A stretch of 64,000 nucleotides of DNA from the NCBI GenBank assembly GCA_020248405.1, contig JADCHQ010000023.1, forward strand, positions 5,579 through 69,578. Direction: 5' to 3'. The DNA comes from Rhodocyclaceae bacterium. GTDB taxonomy: Bacteria > Pseudomonadota > Gammaproteobacteria > Burkholderiales > Ga0077523. The notes under the pieces were generated by a model that worked only from the letters and a program-made list of their open reading frames with translations, ran no database searches and was not told the origin of the DNA. The translations under genes were made by a program, and so were the position numbers. Positions 48,991 through 58,523 of the stretch are shown here, in pieces. How positions within the stretch are numbered: position 1 is the stretch's first letter; each line of letters starts with the position of its first letter.

Positions 48991-49239
48991 GTCAGGTCTT
49001 GCATTCAAGCATTTCGCTCGTACGCTCCGCTCCATGCCCCGTCTGCTGCGCCTCGAACTCTCCGGCGGCCTCCACCACATCACCTTGCGGGGCAATCGCC
49101 TCGAGTGCATCTATCTGAACGACGAGGATCGCATTGCCAGGCTCGACATCCGGGGTGCCGTGTGCAAACGCTTCAACCGGGCCTGCCACGCCTGGCGCCA
49201 GATGACCAATATGCTTGAATGCAAGACGTGATACCCCGG
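48991..49239 (+). mobile_element. Copy C2 of the miniature element, with perfect 17-bp terminal inverted repeats and an intact 65-codon truncated Y1-transposase ORF (49034-49231)
   Basis: TIR-L is GTCTTGCATTCAAGCAT (48996-49012) and TIR-R is ATGCTTGAATGCAAGAC (49211-49227). The ORF MPRLLRLELSGGLHHITLRGNRLECIYLNDEDRIARLDIRGAVCKRFNRACHAWRQMTNMLECKT matches the N-terminal pattern of IS200-like/REP-associated transposases. It ends where the HUH motif (NHxHLL) should follow. Confidence 0.7.
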
Positions 49240-49330
49240 CTGTGCAATAGCAACCCGGCAATTGCACGGATGGCTGCGCCATCCGACCGCGTGGCGCTGG
49301 TCACTTCCACCTTAGGAACGTCGCTGCCTC

Positions 49331-50137
49331 ATGTCCGCACTGAACCGTTTTGCTCAACTGAGGGCGCCCATACTCCTGCTGGCGGCCGCCATCGCGGTTG
49401 TTGCGGTCGTGCTGCAGGGCCCCATCCCGCAGCCTGCCAGCTATCACGCCTTTGCAGACGGGCGCGTTCTCCTGGGCATCCCGAACTTCGCGAACACGCT
49501 CTCGAATATCCCGTTTCTCTTCGTCGGCATCGCCGGGCTCGTGCTGTTCAGCCGGGGCACTCCACCAGGTGCTTTGCCGTTGCTGCGCCCCGCGTATCTG
49601 ACCTTCTTCACCGGCACGGCATTGCTCTTTCCGGGGTCGGCCTACTACCACCTGCGCCCGGCGGATGCGACCCTCGCGTGGGACCGCCTTCCCATGACCC
49701 TCGCGTTCATGGCCGTCTTCGCCATCATCATCGGGGAACACATCAGCGCCCGTCTCGGCAGGCGTCTGCTGCTACCGCTGCTTGTCTTTGGCGCCTTCTC
49801 GGTTCTGTTCTGGCGGCTCAGCGATTCGGGCGATGGCGGCGACCTGCGGCCGTACCTCATCGTTCAGTTCCTTCCCATGCTCCTGATTCCCGCCATCGTG
49901 ATTCTGTACCGGCCGGCGCTTGAGCCGACGCGCTACCTGTGGGCGCTTCTCGGCTGCTACGGCCTGGCGAAGGCGCTCGAGTTTCTCGACGCCCCGGTGC
50001 TCAACCTTACGGGAGTGGTCAGCGGGCACACCCTCAAACACCTTGTGGCGGGTCTGGGCGTTTACTGCCTTCTTCTGGGATTAATGCGCCGCAGAGCCGC
50101 GCCAACCGAGCCGTCATCGCCAGTGCCGCGCGCGTGA
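49331..50137 (+). CDS. Polytopic membrane protein, alkaline-ceramidase-like family (tentative)
   Basis: 268 aa with about 7 TM helices. The conserved-looking motifs YHxFAD, NTLSNIPF, YYHL and SGHTLKHL recall bacterial ceramidase-family proteins. The assignment is from memory only. Confidence 0.45.
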   Translation: MSALNRFAQLRAPILLLAAAIAVVAVVLQGPIPQPASYHAFADGRVLLGIPNFANTLSNIPFLFVGIAGLVLFSRGTPPGALPLLRPAYLTFFTGTALLFPGSAYYHLRPADATLAWDRLPMTLAFMAVFAIIIGEHISARLGRRLLLPLLVFGAFSVLFWRLSDSGDGGDLRPYLIVQFLPMLLIPAIVILYRPALEPTRYLWALLGCYGLAKALEFLDAPVLNLTGVVSGHTLKHLVAGLGVYCLLLGLMRRRAAPTEPSSPVPRA

Positions 50138-50338
50138 CCTTGCCCCGCATGCTGCGGACTCGCGACCACCAGTGAGGCTCAGGGTCAGGAAGCCCGCGGG
50201 CGGATCTTGCCCTTTGCCCCCGCACCCAAGCGGGTTCAAGCCCAGGATGCGGTATCGTCTTCGCGCCTGTTCCCGCATGCGCCACGGGCCGCGGCCCACC
50301 CTGGCGCCCCTTCAACCCCCCCACCCCCGAGACCTCCC

Positions 50339-51430
50339 TTGACCACCATCGCCCAGGTCCGCGCCGGCCACTACCGCATTCCCCTGCCCACCACGCTCAC
50401 CGACAGCACCCACGGCGAGATGACCCACTTCGAGTTGGTCACCGCGCGCATCACCAACAGTGACGGCGCCGAGGGCACAGGCTACACCTACACCGTGGGC
50501 ACCAATGGCTCGGCCATCCACGCCACCATCGCCACCGACCTCGCGCCCCTGCTCACCGGCGCCCGGGCCGACTGCATCGAGGCGCTCTGGCAGCGCATGT
50601 GGTGGCACCTGCACTACGGCGGACGCGGCGGCGCCGCCACCATGGCCATCGCCGCGGTGGATATCGCCCTGTGGGACCTCAAGGCCCGCCGCCTGGGCCA
50701 GCCGCTGTGGACGCTGCTGGGCGGCTTCGATGCGCGCGTGCCCTGCTACGCCGGCGGCATCGATTTGTGGTTCAGCCTCGACGCGCTGCTCGCCCAGACC
50801 GACGGCAACCTCGCCAAGGGCTTTCGCGCCATCAAGATGAAGGTGGGCCGCCCCCGGCTGTCGGAGGACGTGGCCCGTGTAAACGCCATGCGCCAGCACC
50901 TGGGCCCCGACTTCCCGCTCATGGTGGACGCCAACATGCGCTGGAGCCCCGACGAGGCCATCCGCGCCGCCCGCGCCCTGCAACCCGCCCAGCCCGTGTG
51001 GCTGGAAGAGCCCACCATCCCCGACGACATCGCCGGCAACGCCCGCGTGGTGCGCGAGGGCGGGCTGCCCGTGGCCACGGGCGAGAACCTGCACACGGTG
51101 CACGAGTTCCACAACCTCATCCACGCCGGCGCCGTCACCTTCCCCGAGCCCGACGTCACCGTGGTGGGCGGAGTCACCGGCTTCATGAAGGTGGCGCGCA
51201 TCGCCGAGGCCGCCAACCTGCCCGTCACCTCCCACGGCGCCCACGACATCACCGTGCATTGCCTGGCCGCCTGCCCCAACCGCAGCTACCTCGAAGCCCA
51301 CGGCTTCGGCCTGGACCGCTACATCGCCGAGCCGCTGCGCATCGAAGACGGCTTCGCAGTCGCGCCCGACCGGCCGGGGCACGGCATCAGTTTCGATTGG
51401 GAGGGGCTGGAGGGGTTGCGGAGTCGATAA
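50339..51430 (+). CDS. Enolase-superfamily enzyme (mandelate racemase/muconate lactonizing family, acid-sugar dehydratase-like)
   Basis: KxK motif (AIKMKVG) and metal ligands in MVDAN / LEEP / ATGE. The start is uncertain. I favour the TTG at 50339 because the ATG at 50207 would add a 44-aa Pro/Ala-rich extension. Confidence 0.75.
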   Translation: MTTIAQVRAGHYRIPLPTTLTDSTHGEMTHFELVTARITNSDGAEGTGYTYTVGTNGSAIHATIATDLAPLLTGARADCIEALWQRMWWHLHYGGRGGAATMAIAAVDIALWDLKARRLGQPLWTLLGGFDARVPCYAGGIDLWFSLDALLAQTDGNLAKGFRAIKMKVGRPRLSEDVARVNAMRQHLGPDFPLMVDANMRWSPDEAIRAARALQPAQPVWLEEPTIPDDIAGNARVVREGGLPVATGENLHTVHEFHNLIHAGAVTFPEPDVTVVGGVTGFMKVARIAEAANLPVTSHGAHDITVHCLAACPNRSYLEAHGFGLDRYIAEPLRIEDGFAVAPDRPGHGISFDWEGLEGLRSR

Positions 51431-51586
51431 AGGCGGGCGGGGCATACGCCATGCGTACGCAGCCCCATGCCCGGTCAAGGGTTTGCGTTCGCCCGCCCTT
51501 GACCCAGCGCTGGATCGGCCAATCTCGTGCCCGAACATTTCCCGCCGTCTGACTCCCGTTGATACCGCCCCGGGTTGGGCCTCCCC

Positions 51587-52747
51587 TCACCCCTCGCGCG
51601 CCCCCGCCGCCACCGCGCTCACCAGCCGGCCCAGGCTGCTGCCCGTGGCGGCCAGCAGCCGGTCGATCCAGCTCCAGCGCGCCAGGGCTTCGGCGTGCAC
51701 TTCGGCCGACCCGCCCGCCATGGCCAGTTCCAGGCGCGCCCGCAGGTTTTCGGCCAGGGCGGCGTCGGTGGAAACAATGTTGCCCTCGCGGGCCAGCAGC
51801 AGGCTGAAGGGGTCGATGTTGGACGAGCCCACGGTGACCCATTGGCCGTCCACCACCGCCACCTTGGCGTGGAGCCAGCTGGTGAGGTATTCGTGGATCT
51901 CGATGCCGGCGCGCAGCAGCCCGGCGTACGAGGCGCGGATGGCGTAGTGCACCCAGAAGTGCTCGCGCCGCCCCTGCAGCAACAGGCGCACCTTCACGCC
52001 GCGCGCCACGGCGTCGAACAGCGCGCGGCGGAAGCGCTTGCCGGGCAGGAAGTAGGCATTGGCGATGAGGATTTCGTGCCGGGCTGCACCGATGGCTTCG
52101 AGATAGGCGTCTTCGATGGCGTGGCGGTTGCGGAAGTTGTCGCGCACCAGGAAGGCCGCGCGACAGCCGTCGCTGAAGGCGGGCTGCGGCGGGCAGGGCA
52201 GCATGCGCGGGTCGCGCCGGCGGCGGGCGGCAGTCCAGGCCACCAGCGCCCACAGCCGCCGCAGGGCCTGGTGCACCTCGGCCACCACCGGCCCTTGCAG
52301 GCGCACGGCAAAGTCGAAGCGCGGCGCGCCTTCGCCGCGGCCGTCGCGATCGTCCAGCACGTTGATGCCGCCGCAGTAGGCGATGCGCTGGTCGATGAGG
52401 GCAAGCTTGCGGTGCATGCGCCGCATGCGGCTGCGGCGCAGGCGAAAGCGGCCCACCTCGGGCCGGAACACCTGCACTGACACGCCAGCCGGTTCGAGAA
52501 TCTCGCGCAGCGGCGGCAGCAGGTTCGAGGCGCCGAAGCCGTCCACCAGCAGCCGCACGGTGACGCCCCGCGCCGCCGCCCGCGCCAGCGCCTGGGCCAC
52601 CTGCCACCCGGTGGGGTCGTCGGCGAAGATGTAGGTTTCCAGGTGCACTTCCTCGCGAGCCGCGTCCACGTCGCGCAGCAGCGCGGGAAAGTACTCGTCG
52701 CCGGTTTGCAGCAGTTCGACGCGGTTGCCTTCGAGGAAGCGCGGCAC
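51587..52747 (-). CDS. clsB: Cardiolipin synthase B-like phospholipase D family protein
   Basis: Two HKD motifs (HRKLALIDQRIAYCGGINV and LHAKVAVVDGQWVTVGSSNID), no TM segment, and adjacency to an EEP-family gene as in E. coli ybhP-clsB. Confidence 0.8.
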   Translation of the reverse strand: MPRFLEGNRVELLQTGDEYFPALLRDVDAAREEVHLETYIFADDPTGWQVAQALARAAARGVTVRLLVDGFGASNLLPPLREILEPAGVSVQVFRPEVGRFRLRRSRMRRMHRKLALIDQRIAYCGGINVLDDRDGRGEGAPRFDFAVRLQGPVVAEVHQALRRLWALVAWTAARRRRDPRMLPCPPQPAFSDGCRAAFLVRDNFRNRHAIEDAYLEAIGAARHEILIANAYFLPGKRFRRALFDAVARGVKVRLLLQGRREHFWVHYAIRASYAGLLRAGIEIHEYLTSWLHAKVAVVDGQWVTVGSSNIDPFSLLLAREGNIVSTDAALAENLRARLELAMAGGSAEVHAEALARWSWIDRLLAATGSSLGRLVSAVAAGAREG

Positions 52748-52760
52748 GGCGCCCCGCGCC

Positions 52761-53510
52761 TCAGGCCAGGGAGAGCAGCGCCGACAGGGCGGCGTGGTCG
52801 GACAGGCGCGCGAACCGCGGGCCGCTGTGCACGTGGGCGATCTTCACGCGGAAGCCGCGCACATAGATGCGGTCCAGGTGCAGCAGCGGCAGGCGCGAGG
52901 GGTAGCTGCGTGCCGGACGCCCGCCCACGTGCTCGAACACCTCTGAAAGACCCAGCTCGCGCACCAGCGGCTCGCCGGCGCGGCGCGTCCAGTCGTTGAA
53001 ATCGCCGGCAATCACCAGCGGCGCGTCGGCGGGCACCAGCGCTTCGATGCGCGCCCGCAGCCGCCGCACCTGCGCGTGCCGCCAGGCGGCGAACAGCCCC
53101 AGGTGCACGTTGATGCAGTGCAGGCGCGAAGACCAGCCGGGTACCTCGACTTCGCAGTGCAGGAGGCCGCGGCGCTCGTAGGCGGACACGGACACATCCT
53201 CGTTGTCCCACTTGGCGATGGGAAAGCGCGACAGGATGGCGTTGCCGTGGTGCCCCTCGTCGTACACGGCGTTGCGGCCGTAGGCGTAGTCGCTCCACAG
53301 GCTGTCGGCGAAGAATTCGTACTGGGGCTGGCGCGGCCAGTCGGCGTGGCTGCGGGCGTGGCGCGCGTGCAGCCCCTGCACTTCCTGGAGGAACACCAGG
53401 TCGGCGCCCACGCCGTGCAGGAAGTCGCGCAGCCCGTGCACCGTGAGACGCCGCTTGAAGGGCGAGAAGCCCTTGTGGATGTTGAAGGTGACCACGTGCA
53501 GGGTTTCCAT
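52761..53510 (-). CDS. Endonuclease/exonuclease/phosphatase (EEP) family protein (YbhP-like)
   Basis: The ATG at 53510 (METLHVVTFNIHKG) is the start. It has the motifs LQEV, GDFND and SDHAAL. Confidence 0.8.
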   Translation of the reverse strand: METLHVVTFNIHKGFSPFKRRLTVHGLRDFLHGVGADLVFLQEVQGLHARHARSHADWPRQPQYEFFADSLWSDYAYGRNAVYDEGHHGNAILSRFPIAKWDNEDVSVSAYERRGLLHCEVEVPGWSSRLHCINVHLGLFAAWRHAQVRRLRARIEALVPADAPLVIAGDFNDWTRRAGEPLVRELGLSEVFEHVGGRPARSYPSRLPLLHLDRIYVRGFRVKIAHVHSGPRFARLSDHAALSALLSLA

Positions 53511-53518
53511 GGCGGCCT

Positions 53519-54955
53519 CTATTGTGGGGCGCGCTCGAAGGCGCGGTCGAGCAGGCAAGGATCGTCGAAATGGCGGCGGCCCACGAAGGCCGTGGCCTGC
53601 CGGCCCCACTGGCGCATGGCGCCGGGTTCGCGCACGCCCATGGGCCAGAACAGCCAGCGCTCGCCGCGCTCGGTGCCGGGCACCATGCCGTCGGCGCGGT
53701 AGAGGCTGGCCACGCCGCCGCCGGGCAGGGGAAGGGCGCGCAGCTCGCGCTCGTGGCGCACCTCGTAGGGCAGGCCGGCCGGCGACTCGCCGCTCACCAC
53801 CACGCGCTGCAGGTAGTGGCTGCCCGAGGCCACCCGCAGCACGATGCGCTGCTCCGGGCCCACGGCGGGAAGGCTCTGGGGCACGAAGGCGGTTTCGTCC
53901 AGGGTCTGGGGAGCAGGGCGGGGGCGCGCGCCCGGGGTGGGGAAAAACTGGTGGTAGCAGCCGCAAGGGTGGATGGTGTCGTACACCCAGGGCTCGCCCG
54001 CTTCGTCCAGGGTGACGCGCCACACCAGCCCGTCCAGGGAGCCGCCCAGCGTATCGAAGGCGCCGCTGCGCGGCCGGGCGGGAAACCAGAAGGTGTACAC
54101 GAGCTGGCGCAGCCACCGGCCGCCCACTTGGGTGGTGGCGGTACGCACATAGGCGGCGGGACGCCGCACGTCCACCACCGGCTCCCCGCCGGCATCCATC
54201 GCCAGGGTGCCGATGCGGTCGTCGGAGGTGGCCACGTCCACTTCCAGCACCGGGGCATGGCGGCGCACCAGCGCGGCATCCAGGCCCTCGGGAGCAGCGC
54301 CCTCGCCCGGCGCGAAGCGCTGCAGCGTGCCGCGCACCGGCAGGCGCTCCAGCGGCGTGCGGAACACGGCCAGGGTGTCGGCCTGGTAGCCGCGCACGCC
54401 GATGGCGAAGGGCACGCGGGTGAGCCAGTACAGGCCGGCCACGCGCTTCCAGGTGTCGTAATCGTCGGGCACGGCGAGGGCGCGGGGCTGCTCCCCCCGG
54501 GCGGTATCCGCAGTGCGCAGCCGCTCCGCGCAGCCCTCCAGGGCCGCGGGCAGATCGGCCGGCGCGCCACCGGCGCGCGCCGCCAGGGCCGCCCGGGCGG
54601 GCGGGGGCAGGCGCGCCAGTTCCAGGGCACGGCCCTCGGCGTCCAGGGCGCGGGCAGCGGCGAGCGCGGCCGGCGCATCGCTGCCGTACAGGTGGGCCGC
54701 CGCGCGATCGGCACGCAGGTACGGATGCCCCGGCACAGGCGCCGGGCCACCGTCCCGGGCGGCGGCGGCCAGCACCGCCTCTTCGAAGGCGCCCAGCAGG
54801 CGCGCGCAGCGGCCCACGTCGGCATCGGCATCCAGGGTGCGGGCGGAGAAGGGTGCGGCCCGATGGGCCGGTGCGGCGCAGCCCACCGCCAGCAGGACCA
54901 CGGCGAGGGCTGCCAGCAGAGCGTGCGAGCCGGCGGCGCCGCGGCGCGGCCTCAC
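53519..54955 (-). CDS. Hypothetical lipoprotein (478 aa)
   Basis: The signal peptide has lipobox LLAVGC. I recognise no domain. It is tightly packed between the SRPBCC and EEP genes. Confidence 0.55.
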   Translation of the reverse strand: MRPRRGAAGSHALLAALAVVLLAVGCAAPAHRAAPFSARTLDADADVGRCARLLGAFEEAVLAAAARDGGPAPVPGHPYLRADRAAAHLYGSDAPAALAAARALDAEGRALELARLPPPARAALAARAGGAPADLPAALEGCAERLRTADTARGEQPRALAVPDDYDTWKRVAGLYWLTRVPFAIGVRGYQADTLAVFRTPLERLPVRGTLQRFAPGEGAAPEGLDAALVRRHAPVLEVDVATSDDRIGTLAMDAGGEPVVDVRRPAAYVRTATTQVGGRWLRQLVYTFWFPARPRSGAFDTLGGSLDGLVWRVTLDEAGEPWVYDTIHPCGCYHQFFPTPGARPRPAPQTLDETAFVPQSLPAVGPEQRIVLRVASGSHYLQRVVVSGESPAGLPYEVRHERELRALPLPGGGVASLYRADGMVPGTERGERWLFWPMGVREPGAMRQWGRQATAFVGRRHFDDPCLLDRAFERAPQ

Positions 54956-54962
54956 GACACCC

Positions 54963-55520
54963 TCACGGCGCGGGCTCCCGGCCCGCGCGCCGCAGGATCT
55001 CGCGGGCCATGGCAGCGAACTGGCGCGTCACGGCGCTGCGCATGGCGGCGTTCCCGATCACCGCAGGCACCCAGAAGTCGGGAACGAAGCGGCCCGTGTA
55101 GCGCAGACGCACCACGCCGGCCACGGGCTCGATGTCGTAGCGCCCCTGCATCTCGCGAAAGCTGCCTGAAACCGCCCGGGCGGTGATCCAGGCGTGGGGC
55201 GACTCCTCGATGTCGAGCCGCACCTCTATGGAGCGGCGCAGGAAGAACAACCCGGCGCTGCCCTGCTGCTCCACCAGCACGCGCTGGCCGGTGCGCTCGA
55301 TGACGCGGCTTTGCTGCATGTCGGGGATGAAGCGCGCCAGGTTGTCGTAGTCGGTGAGCGGGCCCCAGGCCTGCTCGGGCGTCACCGCCAGTTCGGTGAG
55401 CGCCTCCACGATGACGGCCTCGCCCTCGCGGCGCGACACCACGCTGACCTCCTGGGCCAGGGCGGACCACACTGGCACGAGCAGAGCGCACAGCAGCAGC
55501 AGGCGGCGCGGGGATGCCAT
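54963..55520 (-). CDS. SRPBCC (START/polyketide-cyclase-like) family protein with a signal peptide
   Basis: The ATG at 55520 is the start. MASPRRLLLLCALLVPVWSALA is followed by W.PLTDYDNLARFIP, which is typical of cyclase/dehydrase-like SRPBCC proteins. Confidence 0.6.
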   Translation of the reverse strand: MASPRRLLLLCALLVPVWSALAQEVSVVSRREGEAVIVEALTELAVTPEQAWGPLTDYDNLARFIPDMQQSRVIERTGQRVLVEQQGSAGLFFLRRSIEVRLDIEESPHAWITARAVSGSFREMQGRYDIEPVAGVVRLRYTGRFVPDFWVPAVIGNAAMRSAVTRQFAAMAREILRRAGREPAP

Positions 55521-55554
55521 GGAACACGTGCCCCACCGCCGCGCCGTCACCCTT

Positions 55555-56001
55555 TCAGGGCTCCGCGAGCCGCGGCAGGTGGCGGATAGCGGCCGCATTG
55601 CTGGGCGAGAAGCAGCGTTCGGCGGCATCCTCCCAGGGCAGCCACTCAAAGGAGAGGTGCTCGCGCGGCGCCAGCACCACCGGCACCCGCGCCGGCAGGC
55701 GCAGCCCGAAGACGTGCTCGGTGTTACGGGTGACCCCGGGCGGGTAGCGCCACTGCCACCGCGGATAGATGTCGTATTCGTTGCTGTAGCCGAAGTCGAT
55801 GAGTTTCCCGGCGGCCGCAGGGATTCCGGTTTCCTCGAACACCTCGCGGGCGCAGGCGCCCTGCAGCGGCTCGTCTTCCGCGTCGAGGCTGCCGGTGACC
55901 GACTGCCAGAAGCCCGGGTGATCCGCGCGCTCGATGAGCAGCACTTCCAGCGCCGGGGTGTGAATGACCACCAGCACCGAGCGCGGGATCTTGAAGACCA
56001 T
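55555..56001 (-). CDS. nudB: Dihydroneopterin triphosphate diphosphatase (Nudix)
   Basis: Nudix box GSLDAEDEPLQGACAREVFEETGI. 148 aa. It lies immediately downstream of aspS, as in E. coli. Confidence 0.8.
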   Translation of the reverse strand: MVFKIPRSVLVVIHTPALEVLLIERADHPGFWQSVTGSLDAEDEPLQGACAREVFEETGIPAAAGKLIDFGYSNEYDIYPRWQWRYPPGVTRNTEHVFGLRLPARVPVVLAPREHLSFEWLPWEDAAERCFSPSNAAAIRHLPRLAEP

Positions 56002-56014
56002 GGGGCGCGGCGCG

Positions 56015-57775
56015 TCAGCGCACCTTGATGTGCAGCTCGCGCAACTGCTTCTCGTCCACGGGGCTGGGGGCGCGGGTGAGCAGGCACTGGGCGCGCTGCG
56101 TCTTGGGGAAGGCGATCACGTCGCGGATTGAATCGGCGCCGGTCATCATGGTGACGATGCGGTCCAGGCCGAAGGCGATGCCGCCGTGGGGAGGCGCGCC
56201 GTACTGCAGGGCATCGAGCAGGAAGCCGAACTTGGCGCGCGCCTCATCGTGTCCGATGGCGAGCGCTGTGAACACCTTGGACTGCACCGTCTGGTCGTGA
56301 ATCCGCACCGAGCCGCCGCCGATTTCCCAGCCGTTGAGCACCATGTCGTAGGCCTTGGCCTGGGCCTTGCCCGGGTCGGTGTCGAGGAAGCCCTCGTGGC
56401 CGTCCTGGGGGCTGGTGAAGGGATGGTGGAGCGCGTCCCAGCGCTTGTCTTCCTCGTTCCAGTCGAACATGGGGAAGTCCATCACCCACAGGGGCTTCCA
56501 CTCCTTGGAGGCGAGGCCGTGGTCGTGGCCGATCTTCGCGCGCAGCGCACCCATGGCGTCGTTCACTACCTTGGCCTTGTCGGCGCCGAAGAAGATGACA
56601 TCGCCATCCTCCGCGCCGGTGCGTTCCATGACGTTGAGCACCACGGGCTCGGGCAGGAACTTGAGGATGGGCGACTGCAGGCCTTCCATGCCCTTGGCCC
56701 AGTCGTTGACCTTCACGTAGGCCAGCCCCTTGGCGCCATAGATGGCCACGAACTGGGTGTAGTCGTCGATCTCCTTGCGCGAGAGCTTGCCGCCGCCGGG
56801 CACGCGCAGGGCCGCCACCCGCCCGCCGGGCATGAGCGCGGCCTCGCGGAACACCTTGAAGTCCACCTCGCGCATCAGGTCGGTGATCTCGGTGAGCACC
56901 AGCGGCACGCGCAGGTCGGGCTTGTCGGAGCCGTACTTCGACATGGCCTCGGCGAAGCTCATGCGCGGAAAGGGCGCGGGCAGTTCGATGCCGGCGGCCT
57001 CGCGGAACACCGTGCGGATCATCTCTTCCATGAGCCCCGTAATCTCGGCCACGCCCAGGAAGGAGGTCTCAATGTCGATCTGCGTGAACTCGGGCTGGCG
57101 GTCGGCGCGCAGGTCCTCGTCGCGGAAGCACTTGGTGATCTGGTAGTAGCGGTCGAAGCCCGCCATCATGAGCATCTGCTTGAACAGCTGGGGCGACTGC
57201 GGCAGGGCGAAGAACTCGCCGTGGTGCACGCGCGAGGGCACCAGGTAGTCGCGCGCGCCCTCGGGCGTGGACTTGGTGAGCATGGGCGTCTCGATGTCGA
57301 TGAAGCCCTGAGCATCGAGCCAGCGGCGCACCGCCATGGCCACCTTGTAGCGAAGCCGGAGGTTGCGCTGCATCTGCGGGCGGCGCAGGTCGAGTACGCG
57401 GTGCTCGAGGCGCACGGTCTCGGAGATGTTGTCATCGTCGAGCTGGAAGGGCGGGGTGAGCGCCGTGTTGAGAATCTCCATGTGCCTGGCCAGCACCTCG
57501 ATCTCGCCGCTGTGCAGGTTGGCGTTGGCGGTGCCCTGGGGCCGCTCTCGCACCAGCCCCTCCAGCCGCACCACGTACTCGCTGCGCGCGCGATCGGCGG
57601 TGGCGAAGGTTTCGGGGGTGTCGGGATCCACCACCACCTGCACCAGGCCCTCGCGGTCGCGCAGGTCGATGAAGATCACGCCGCCGTGGTCGCGCCGGCG
57701 GTGCACCCAGCCGTACAGGGTGACCGTCTGGCCGAGATAGGTCTTGTCGATGAGGCCGCAGTAGTTGGTGCGCAT
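56015..57775 (-). CDS. aspS: Aspartate--tRNA ligase
   Basis: MRTNYCGLI...[22 protein letters not shown], the class II motifs ([18 protein letters not shown] and GGIAFGLDR) and a length of 586 aa. Confidence 0.95.
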   Translation of the reverse strand: MRTNYCGLIDKTYLGQTVTLYGWVHRRRDHGGVIFIDLRDREGLVQVVVDPDTPETFATADRARSEYVVRLEGLVRERPQGTANANLHSGEIEVLARHMEILNTALTPPFQLDDDNISETVRLEHRVLDLRRPQMQRNLRLRYKVAMAVRRWLDAQGFIDIETPMLTKSTPEGARDYLVPSRVHHGEFFALPQSPQLFKQMLMMAGFDRYYQITKCFRDEDLRADRQPEFTQIDIETSFLGVAEITGLMEEMIRTVFREAAGIELPAPFPRMSFAEAMSKYGSDKPDLRVPLVLTEITDLMREVDFKVFREAALMPGGRVAALRVPGGGKLSRKEIDDYTQFVAIYGAKGLAYVKVNDWAKGMEGLQSPILKFLPEPVVLNVMERTGAEDGDVIFFGADKAKVVNDAMGALRAKIGHDHGLASKEWKPLWVMDFPMFDWNEEDKRWDALHHPFTSPQDGHEGFLDTDPGKAQAKAYDMVLNGWEIGGGSVRIHDQTVQSKVFTALAIGHDEARAKFGFLLDALQYGAPPHGGIAFGLDRIVTMMTGADSIRDVIAFPKTQRAQCLLTRAPSPVDEKQLRELHIKVR

Positions 57776-57817
57776 GAAGGGGCTTCGCGATGAAATGATG
57801 GGAAGGGCGCGCCGGCC

Positions 57818-58432
57818 TCAGGCCGCGTGCCCGTGGGGCCGCGGGGCGGCGGGCGGGGCAACGCCCATGGAGATCACGTACTTGAGCGCTTCGTCCACGC
57901 TCATGTCCAGCTCGATCACATCCTGGCGCGGCAGCATGATGAAGTAGCCGCCGGTGGGATTGGGGGTGGTGGGCACGTACACGCTGACCCATTCGCCCTT
58001 CAGGTGATTGGCCACGTCGCCGCCCGGGGTGCCGGTGAGGAATGCGATGGTCCACATGCCCTCGCGCGGCCACTGCACCAGCAACGCCTTGCGGAAGGCC
58101 TCGCCCTTGGAGGAGAACAGCGTGTCCGACACCTGCTTGACGCTGTTGTAGATGGACTTCACCACGGGGATGCGGCCCAGCAGCCGCTCCCAGCCCTCCA
58201 CAACGCGCTGCCCGATGAAGTTGGCCGCCAGCACACCCGTGACCAGCAGCACCAGCAGCGTGAGGACCACTCCCAGGCCCGGCACGTCGAAACCCATCCA
58301 CGCGGCTGGCCGCCACGCCTCGGGCAGCAGCAGCAGGGTCTGGTCCATGGTGGTGATCAGGGCCCGCAGCACCCAGAAGGTGATGCCCAGGGGCACCCAG
58401 ATCAACAGGCCGGTGATGAGATAGCGTCGCAT
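57818..58432 (-). CDS. DUF502 family membrane protein
   Basis: The ATG at 58432 (MRRYLITGLLIWVPLGITFWV) is the start. It contains IPVVKSIY and TTPNPTGGYF, the characteristic DUF502 motifs. Confidence 0.75.
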   Translation of the reverse strand: MRRYLITGLLIWVPLGITFWVLRALITTMDQTLLLLPEAWRPAAWMGFDVPGLGVVLTLLVLLVTGVLAANFIGQRVVEGWERLLGRIPVVKSIYNSVKQVSDTLFSSKGEAFRKALLVQWPREGMWTIAFLTGTPGGDVANHLKGEWVSVYVPTTPNPTGGYFIMLPRQDVIELDMSVDEALKYVISMGVAPPAAPRPHGHAA

Positions 58433-58523
58433 CCGTGAAGCCGGAAAAGCCGCGGAGGGTGTGGGTTCACACCCTCCGCGTCGGGAAAGGGGTCTCCCGC
58501 GGCGGGGCGCGGGAGGCTCGGTG

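Noticed and set aside
50226-50250. GGGTTCAAGCCC, which resembles a tRNA T-arm and could be a tRNA-derived attachment-site remnant at the islet's right edge.
   Set aside because: Only about 3 bp of T-stem can pair and there is no acceptor or anticodon arm, so no tRNA or convincing tRNA 3' fragment can be built. It would need a genome-wide tRNA comparison.
50207-50338. ATG at 50207 as the start of the enolase-superfamily gene.
   Set aside because: It would add 44 residues of Pro/Ala-rich low-complexity sequence not expected for this fold. I prefer the TTG at 50339, directly before the conserved N-terminal strand, but with low certainty.
51473-51504. 9-bp stem hairpin (GGTCAAGGG...CCCTTGACC) between the convergent enolase-family and clsB genes, considered as a bidirectional terminator.
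   Set aside because: The loop is 14 nt and there is no U-tract on either strand. It may still be structural, but I cannot call it an intrinsic terminator.
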